From: Candidatus Dojkabacteria bacterium
GTDB taxonomy: Bacteria > Patescibacteriota > Dojkabacteria > B142 > OLB20
Length of the DNA: 64,000 nt
Direction of reading: 5' to 3'
Assembly: GCA_030583785.1 (NCBI GenBank)
Contig: CP129475.1
Coordinates: 223,559-287,558, forward strand
A program made the position numbers and the translations under genes. Below are positions 58,193-64,000 of the stretch, in pieces. The notes beneath the pieces were generated by a model. It did not search any database. It saw only the letters and a list, made by a program, of their open reading frames with translations, and was not told the origin of the DNA. Each line of letters starts with the position of its first letter. The first letter of the stretch is position 1.

Positions 58193-59179
58193 TCAATTAT
58201 TAAAAATTGATAATAAGACCTTTGCCAGCTCTTCGTGGTCGTGCCTGACCAATGACCTAACAAGGGTATCGCCTTTATCTTGAACCACTTCGTCGTTTGC
58301 AACAATATCTGTTCTAATAATCTTATATTCTGAGCCATCTTGTAAATCATCTACTATTATGAATTCTCCTTTTTCTTCGTAACGCTTAAGAGTTGGTGCT
58401 GGGATCTCGCCATTATTAAGGAGCACATAATCGGGCTGTCTTTGTGAATATCTAGAAATTTCTGCAACCAAATCAGATGCCTTCATCCAATGTGTTTGTC
58501 CTTTTTTGGTCATCAAATTATTGATGAAGATATACTTTCCCTTTGAGCTTTTGATTGCTTCTGATATGCCTTTAACGATGATATTGCAGATTGTAGATGT
58601 GTATAGATCGCCTGGGCCTGCAATAATGAAATCTGCCTCTTCGATTGCTTTTATAGCGTCTTCGTAAGCTTCTGCTTCTTCTGAAAGAGATAGCTCGACA
58701 ATTTTTGCTGATGGATTTTCTTCAGGCTCGTCTATCAGATGCTCTCCGGTGACTGTGCGCCCGTCGTCGTATTTTGCAACCAACCTGACATCGTCAAGAG
58801 TTACGGGAATTACTTTACCACGACAATTGAAAATTTTACTCGCCGCTTCGATGGCTCCGATTTCGGAACCGGTAATGTCAGATAGTGCCATTAGCATTAA
58901 ATTACCTAGAGTATGACTAGATAAGCCTTCTCCTTTATCGAATCTGTAGGTAAAGAGTTCTCGAAAGATACCGTTTCCGGCATCGGCAAGTGCTACTATT
59001 GATTTACGCAAGTCGCTAAGAGGTAGCAGGCCAAATTCGTCTCTAACAACACGATTACTGCCGCCATCGTCGGTCATGTTAACAATTGCGCTAAGCGTAA
59101 CATCTGTGTTGTATTTTAGACCACTTAAAACGGCGACTGTTCCCGTCCCTCCTCCGATGACTGCAACCTTTTTTGGCAT
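58193..59179 (-). CDS. YvcK/CofD-family protein (UPF0052, gluconeogenesis-factor-like).
   Basis: KKVAVIGGGTGTVAVLSGLK...MTDDGGSNRVVRDEFGLLPLSDLRKSIVALA is the characteristic YvcK N-terminus. Confidence 0.75.
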   Translation of the reverse strand: MPKKVAVIGGGTGTVAVLSGLKYNTDVTLSAIVNMTDDGGSNRVVRDEFGLLPLSDLRKSIVALADAGNGIFRELFTYRFDKGEGLSSHTLGNLMLMALSDITGSEIGAIEAASKIFNCRGKVIPVTLDDVRLVAKYDDGRTVTGEHLIDEPEENPSAKIVELSLSEEAEAYEDAIKAIEEADFIIAGPGDLYTSTICNIIVKGISEAIKSSKGKYIFINNLMTKKGQTHWMKASDLVAEISRYSQRQPDYVLLNNGEIPAPTLKRYEEKGEFIIVDDLQDGSEYKIIRTDIVANDEVVQDKGDTLVRSLVRHDHEELAKVLLSIFNN

Positions 59180-59229
59180 ATAATCTCTGCTAAAAATTCG
59201 TGTCTGTTTATAGTATCATAACGCCGATA

Positions 59230-61008
59230 TTATTTCACCGTCACGCTCTTGGCAAGGTTCCTTGGTTTATCTGGGGGCAAACCCAGTTCAAGAGCTAAAT
59301 AATATGCTGTTAACTGGATTGGAATAAGATTTGCCAGAGCAGAGAAGTGTTTTAAGTCTACACTTGGAATGTGTTTATCAAATAACGGATTATCGCTCGC
59401 GGCAATGCCGATAACATAGGCGCCTCTGGATTTTATTTCTGCAGCCGCATTTATCATTGCATTATGGTAAGCATCATCACTAATTAGAACTATTACAGGT
59501 GTGCCTTTTTCGATGAGAGCTATGACCCCGTGCTTAAGTTCTCCGGCTGCGAAACCTTCTGCATGTGTATATGTTGTTTCTTTTAGCTTAAGAGCTCCTT
59601 CGAGTGCAATGAAATAGTTTTGCCCTCGACCTAAAACAAAGACATGCTCATGTTTGCTAAGTAACTTGGCTAAGTCTTGAGCATTTTTATTTATTGAACC
59701 TGACAGATACTGCTCTAATTTATTTTGAACATCGTGAATCTCTTTTTTGTGACCTTGAATATCTCCAGCAACTGCCTTAGCTAACGCTAAACCCCATGCA
59801 CACTGAGCCGAGAATGCTTTTGTTGATACCACACATATTTCTGGACCAGACCTTGTAAAGAACGAATAATCTGAGATAGCAGGTATGGTTGAACCTTGCA
59901 TGTTAACAATACTGGCGATAGTTACATTTTTTTGTTTGGCAATCTCGATTGCTTCAATGGTGTCTGCTGTTTCGCCGCTTTGACTTACTGCGATAACAAG
60001 ATCTTGATCAGTAAATTGTTTTGCATAACTTTCAAATTCATAAGCTTTAAGTTCAAAAGCAGGTAGGGAAGCATAAGATCTAAGATAATAGGCTATTTGA
60101 CCTGCCGCATAAGCAGCACTGCCAGCACCTACTGTAAATATTCTAGATGCGCTTTTACAGACTTTTTCGAAACCTGACGCAAGAATTTCTTCTGAATTAC
60201 TGGCAATTTTTATAGTATGACTTTGTTCGCTTATTTCTTTGAGCATAAAATGCTCGTAACCATCTTTATCAACTAATACATTTTGACTTTCAATTTTTTT
60301 AAAGTCTTTAAAAACAGGTTTATTAGTTTTAATATCATGGATTTTTAAGATATTTTTTGTTATCGAAACCATTTGCATATCGTCTAGAATTAGCACTTCA
60401 TTAGTTTCGTCTGCAAAAGAAAGTGAATCTGACCCCAAAAAATAACCGTCTGTCGCTTTACCAAGAACTAGCGGTGAGCCGTTTCTAATAGCAAGTATTA
60501 AATTTGTTTTACTTTCGAGAAGTGCAATTGTATTTCTGCCATCGAGCTTCAGAAAAGCACTGACCAATGCTTGTTCAAGCGACTTTGTATGAACTAATTC
60601 TGCCTCAACCAGCCTGACTATAACTTCTGTGTCTGTTTCGGATACAAAATCATAGCCCTGAGCAATTAACTCTTCCTTAAGTGTTTGATAATTTTCAACA
60701 ATGCCATTATGGACAAGTGCAAACTCCCCACTTTTTGAAAGATGCGGATGAGCATTAACTTTTGTAACTCCACCATGAGTTGCCCATCTGGTATGTCCGA
60801 TGGCTGTGTTTGCAGGCATAAACTTTTCCTTATTATAAATATCTGCTGCTTCTGCCAGAGGCTGCAAGCTTTTGACATAAGCTATCTTATTGTTTTCAGA
60901 AATGGCAATTCCCCACGAATCGTAGCCTCGATACTCAAGTCTCTGAAGTCCTTTCACAACTAATTGACCGGCAGAATTAGAGCCAGTATAGCCAAAGATA
61001 CCGCACAT
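59230..61008 (-). CDS. glmS: Glutamine--fructose-6-phosphate aminotransferase.
   Basis: MCGIFGY N-terminal nucleophile, two SIS domains. 592 aa. Confidence 0.95.
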   Translation of the reverse strand: MCGIFGYTGSNSAGQLVVKGLQRLEYRGYDSWGIAISENNKIAYVKSLQPLAEAADIYNKEKFMPANTAIGHTRWATHGGVTKVNAHPHLSKSGEFALVHNGIVENYQTLKEELIAQGYDFVSETDTEVIVRLVEAELVHTKSLEQALVSAFLKLDGRNTIALLESKTNLILAIRNGSPLVLGKATDGYFLGSDSLSFADETNEVLILDDMQMVSITKNILKIHDIKTNKPVFKDFKKIESQNVLVDKDGYEHFMLKEISEQSHTIKIASNSEEILASGFEKVCKSASRIFTVGAGSAAYAAGQIAYYLRSYASLPAFELKAYEFESYAKQFTDQDLVIAVSQSGETADTIEAIEIAKQKNVTIASIVNMQGSTIPAISDYSFFTRSGPEICVVSTKAFSAQCAWGLALAKAVAGDIQGHKKEIHDVQNKLEQYLSGSINKNAQDLAKLLSKHEHVFVLGRGQNYFIALEGALKLKETTYTHAEGFAAGELKHGVIALIEKGTPVIVLISDDAYHNAMINAAAEIKSRGAYVIGIAASDNPLFDKHIPSVDLKHFSALANLIPIQLTAYYLALELGLPPDKPRNLAKSVTVK

Positions 61009-61046
61009 AACTTGTGTGTAACAAATAATTTATTCGGGAGAAAATT

Positions 61047-61064
61047 CGGTTATTTTTATAACCG
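61047..61064. promoter_or_regulatory. Hairpin or palindrome CGGTTAT-TTTT-ATAACCG in the glmS / yggT-like divergent leader.
   Basis: 7-bp perfect inverted repeat with a 4-nt spacer. Confidence 0.25.
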
Positions 61065-61081
61065 GAAGGTATCCGCTGATT

Positions 61082-61098
61082 CTTGGCTTGATGCCAAG
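61082..61098. promoter_or_regulatory. Palindrome cTTGGC-TTGAT-GCCAAg (TTGGC-N5-GCCAA) in the glmS leader region.
   Basis: Perfect inverted repeat with the same half-sites and spacing as the site upstream of ftsE. Confidence 0.3.
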
Positions 61099-61100
61099 AT

Positions 61101-61115
61101 CCGATTGATAATCGG
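61101..61115. promoter_or_regulatory. Palindrome CCGATT-GAT-AATCGG.
   Basis: 6-bp perfect inverted repeat directly following the previous palindrome. Confidence 0.25.
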
Positions 61116-61160
61116 AACTCGATATTCACTCATAAGATGAGCTACTTCCTTCGCCTCGTT

Positions 61161-61178
61161 CCAAAATTTACATTTTGG
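61161..61178. promoter_or_regulatory. Palindrome CCAAAAT-TTAC-ATTTTGG.
   Basis: 7-bp perfect inverted repeat 52 bp upstream of the plus-strand membrane-protein gene. Confidence 0.25.
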
Positions 61179-61229
61179 CCATACGCTTGATAATTGTTCT
61201 CCTTAATTATTAAACGACATATTTTTTAA

Positions 61230-62165
61230 TTGATCACAAAGCTTGCAATAAATCATTATAGAAACGATAATATCAGCATGAATTCAGCACTTATCAGAGC
61301 ACAGATTAAAGCATTAGTATTTGGGATATTTGGCATCGCTATGGCCATAGTCCTTGTCAGAATTATTCTTGTCTTAGTTGGCGCAAACCCTCAATCGCAA
61401 TTCGTTATTTTTTGGATGGATATGTCTAACTTTCTTGTTGGCATATTCAGAAATATGTATCCCGCCTTAGAGAATCAATTGTTGATCATCAATATCGAAC
61501 TATTTTCATTCATGGCCTTGGTCTTTTATATGCTCATGGCTGTGCTTATCCAGAAGTCATTTGCTTCATTTGCAGAAGACTCTACAGTCGAGATGATCAA
61601 AAGCTTCATCGACTCAATGTTCAAGTTCCTTGAATTTCTTCTAATTGCCAGATTCCTACTTAAGCTTACGGGTGCGGCACCTACAGCTGTCTTTACAAAC
61701 TTTATATATAGTATATCTGCACTTGTTTACGAGCCATTTAAAGATATTCTTCCTGCTATCGAAGTCAAAGAATTCAATATCATCTTCGAAAGCTCAACCC
61801 TTATTGCCATAATAATTATAATCATTTTTGACTTGATCACAGAAGGAATCATCGATAACCTTCGAGGAGTTCGCAAAGCTTCCAAAGCAAAAGCACCTGC
61901 TGTATCTCAACAGCCTGTAATGGTTCAGAGTCCACAACCAAATGTAACAATCAATATTCCTGCCCAACCTATGCAACCGCAGGTAGTAGATCGCAGGCAA
62001 ATTCATATAGTCAATCCGCCAGCCTATTCCGGCCCAGGCTATGGCACAAACCACCTAGAAGGGCAAAGACCGCAACAACTAGGACAAGGAGTTCAAACAT
62101 ATTACCCGCAGAACCCTGGTGGATCTGCACCTATAAATAATAATTCCGGAAGAAGAGAGGCTTAG
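61230..62165 (+). CDS. YggT-like membrane protein with two internal repeats and a Pro/Gln-rich C-terminal tail.
   Basis: Two repeats of the YggT-like pattern (ILVLVGANPQSQFVIFWMDMSNFLVGIFRNMYP and LLKLTGAAPTAVFTNFIYSISALVYEPFKDILP). Low-complexity PQ tail. Confidence 0.4.
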   Translation: MITKLAINHYRNDNISMNSALIRAQIKALVFGIFGIAMAIVLVRIILVLVGANPQSQFVIFWMDMSNFLVGIFRNMYPALENQLLIINIELFSFMALVFYMLMAVLIQKSFASFAEDSTVEMIKSFIDSMFKFLEFLLIARFLLKLTGAAPTAVFTNFIYSISALVYEPFKDILPAIEVKEFNIIFESSTLIAIIIIIIFDLITEGIIDNLRGVRKASKAKAPAVSQQPVMVQSPQPNVTINIPAQPMQPQVVDRRQIHIVNPPAYSGPGYGTNHLEGQRPQQLGQGVQTYYPQNPGGSAPINNNSGRREA

Positions 62166-62170
62166 TAATA

Positions 62171-62241
62171 TTCGGGGACAGGGACTCGAACCCCGATTCT
62201 CGGCTTCAAAGGCCGGTGTCCTACCATTAGACGATCCCCGA
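62171..62241 (-). tRNA. tRNA-Gln (anticodon TTG)
   Basis: Reverse strand folds as acceptor TCGGGGA/TCCCCGA, D-arm GTCT-AATGGTA-GGAC, anticodon stem CCGGC/GCCGA with loop CTTTGAA (anticodon UUG), T-arm CGGGG-TTCGAGT-CCCTG. CCA is not encoded. Confidence 0.75.
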
Positions 62242-62413
62242 ACAAATTTGCACCTGATTATACCAAATATTTGGAAAGTGTTAAGTCTTTTACTTGCCTC
62301 TAATTATTATATCCGCTAGTATGAATACATCCTTGTTTTGCTTTTACCCATTTTTTCTATTCTTTTTTGAAACAAAGAATGTCGCATATCGTAGTTATTA
62401 TTAAGAGTGCAAG

Positions 62414-62935
62414 TTGGATAAAGAGGTATTACTAAAAGCAAAACAAGGCGACAAGCACTCACTTGGGGTGATTTTTGATAACTATGTAGATAGGCTTTAT
62501 CGATACGCCTATGTCAGGTTGCACGATAAGCATAAAGCCGAGGACATCGTCAGTACTGTATTTATCAAAGTTATCGAAAACATTGCGACTCTAGATCTAA
62601 CAAAAAATTTTGAGGCCTGGTTATTTACTATTACTCGAAATTCTTTAATAGACTACTTGCGAAAGAACAAGTTTGTAAATGCAGAAGAATATATAAGTAC
62701 TGCTGCCGACAAAAATTCTGAAACAAAAGAGGTAGAAAACAGTCTTATAATTAAAGACATAAGAAGTTCGATGCAAGGTCTTAAAAAAGTCGAACAAGAA
62801 GTCATCGAACTAACTTATTTTGCAGGGCTTAATGATCGAGAAGTTGGTGAGCTTATTAATGTCGCAGAGGGTAATATAAGAGTAATACGCTTTAGGGCAA
62901 TTAAAAAGATTAAAAAAATAATGAAAATCAAATGA
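62414..62935 (+). CDS. ECF-type sigma-70 family sigma factor.
   Basis: Region 2 (VDRLYRYAYVRL...AEDIVSTVFIKV...WLFTITRNSLIDYLR) and region 4 HTH (LTYFAGLNDREVGELINVAEGNIRVIRFRAIKKIK). Confidence 0.75.
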   Translation: MDKEVLLKAKQGDKHSLGVIFDNYVDRLYRYAYVRLHDKHKAEDIVSTVFIKVIENIATLDLTKNFEAWLFTITRNSLIDYLRKNKFVNAEEYISTAADKNSETKEVENSLIIKDIRSSMQGLKKVEQEVIELTYFAGLNDREVGELINVAEGNIRVIRFRAIKKIKKIMKIK

Positions 62936-63606
62936 GAGATAATTTCGAAAAACTGTTTGTCGATTCTGCCAATTCAATTGTTCCAGACAATAACTGGAAG
63001 AGCGAACATCGAAGCAATTTTATTAACCTCGGATCAAAATCTCTAGAGACAACACCACAAAAATCATTTATTACCAATGCGCTTCAAATACTGCTTAGAC
63101 CTAATTTTGTATTAGCTTCAGCTCTAATAGTCGTAATCATCGGAATCTCATTCTTGCCAAATAATACAATTAGCGAGCGAGCTGTTAAACAAGATGCCAG
63201 TACAGATACATATCTCAGCCAGAACGAACAATCATATACACTAGCGGTTAACAAAATCGAGGAAACAGAAAATCTTATAGCCGAACTTGAGGCAACAGTT
63301 GATGTTGCAAAAGCAAAACTAGAGGTAGAAATTGCTAAAGAGTTGGTCGAAAAGAAAGATTATAACAAAGCTATTCGATATGCAACCGATGCTCAGGCCA
63401 GACTAAACTATCTATTAGCCGAGCTTAAACAAGAACCGACTCCGTCAGGCAAACCATCAGTAAAGGGTACATCTGTTAAAGCCACAGACGAAAGTCCAGC
63501 AGATGATCAAGAATCTCCGGTTGTTGAACCCACACCTAGCGTACCAGGCATTGCAGGAAACGACAAAGACCCAGAGTACTCCGGAGAATCGCTAAACAGA
63601 CGCTAG
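62932..63606 (+). CDS. Putative anti-sigma factor-like membrane protein with an extracytoplasmic coiled-coil.
   Basis: Overlaps the sigma gene stop. One TM helix (FVLASALIVVIIGISFL). C-terminal coiled-coil and P-rich tail. Confidence 0.4.
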   Translation: MRDNFEKLFVDSANSIVPDNNWKSEHRSNFINLGSKSLETTPQKSFITNALQILLRPNFVLASALIVVIIGISFLPNNTISERAVKQDASTDTYLSQNEQSYTLAVNKIEETENLIAELEATVDVAKAKLEVEIAKELVEKKDYNKAIRYATDAQARLNYLLAELKQEPTPSGKPSVKGTSVKATDESPADDQESPVVEPTPSVPGIAGNDKDPEYSGESLNRR

Positions 63607-63618
63607 CAATTTTTAGAA

Positions 63619-64000
63619 CTACTTTAGAGCAAATACTAAGTATCCCTTTCCTTCTTCTTGCAGTTTATAGCCTTCGGTGTTAAATCCCTTTAAATCCTCT
63701 TGGTCTGTTAAGCTGTTTTTTACAACGAAATCAACAAACATACCTCGAGCTTTTTTGGCAAGCAAACCAATCGTTTTTAACCTCCCCTTATGCATTTGCT
63801 TAAAGATCACTTTTAGCTTTGGAGTCTTGATCTGTTCAAAATCAACAGCCTGCTCGTATTCGTTAGAAAGAAGATTAACAAGCAAGCCCGACTCTTCTGC
63901 AAGTTTTTTGACCTCTTTAGTTATGTCTTGCTTCCAATAGTCCTGCAAACCTGCGTACTTTGAGGCAGTAAGATTCGTAGACATCTCAAGTCGATAAGGC
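63619..64000 (-). CDS. yaaA: YaaA-family (DUF328/UPF0246) peroxide-stress protein. Only the C-terminal half is in the window; the N-terminus lies beyond the window end.
   Basis: LKVIFKQMHKGRLKTIGLLAKKARGMFVDFVVKNSLTDQEDLKGFNTEGYKLQEE aligns with the E. coli YaaA C-terminus (FYAKKARGLMSRFIIENRL...GFNSEGYFFDED). Confidence 0.75.
   Translation of the reverse strand, partial: PYRLEMSTNLTASKYAGLQDYWKQDITKEVKKLAEESGLLVNLLSNEYEQAVDFEQIKTPKLKVIFKQMHKGRLKTIGLLAKKARGMFVDFVVKNSLTDQEDLKGFNTEGYKLQEEGKGYLVFALK

Noticed and set aside
61009-61229. The glmS ribozyme in the glmS 5' leader.
   Set aside because: Only short, possibly chance matches (ACGAGG, GGUUAU, CGAAUUUUC) are present. The P1 hairpin, cleavage-site context and GGCGGAUG core are not recognisable. 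It is reported as a structured leader only.

Overview
This is an AT-rich, gene-dense bacterial window with many short or overlapping gene junctions. It uses the standard genetic code, since UGA serves as a stop (for example at the galU end). About 65 protein-coding genes and two tRNA genes are supported, and no rRNA, CRISPR array, transposase or integrase is visible.

- **Core genes.** Most are conserved housekeeping genes.
  - DNA replication and repair: dnaE, uvrA, uvrB, xseA/xseB, nth, and a UvrD-type helicase fused to a RecB-type nuclease.
  - Cell envelope and division: ftsW, murG, rodA, ftsE/ftsX with an EnvC-like M23 protein, galU, glmS, a YvcK-like gene, a GlmU-like nucleotidyltransferase, a GH3 NagZ-like hydrolase and a UppS fusion.
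  - Translation: rpsT, prfB, rplU, rpmA, pth, dtd, asnS-like, truB, tgt and rsmA.
- **Accessory genes.** Between these sit secreted, surface or uncharacterised proteins:
  - A LamG-like domain followed by about six tandem H-type-lectin-like repeats, a fasciclin protein, a tandem lamin-tail-domain protein, a Gmad2-like protein and a LysM protein.
  - A VanW family protein next to ApbE and an FMN-binding protein.
  - Two ECF sigma / anti-sigma pairs.
- **Most unusual observations.**
  - A roughly 6.7 kb block (18.0-24.7 kb) of five genes without clear orthology, built around the lectin-array protein and a divergent PfkB-like kinase.
  - An FtsEX-adjacent M23 protein whose catalytic domain appears circularly permuted.
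  - An acylphosphatase-UppS fusion.
  - A Tgt homolog that has lost its zinc-binding cysteines.
  - A shared TTGGC-N5-GCCAA palindrome upstream of ftsE and in the glmS leader region.

All calls come from reading the supplied translations and sequence by eye. No database search was run.
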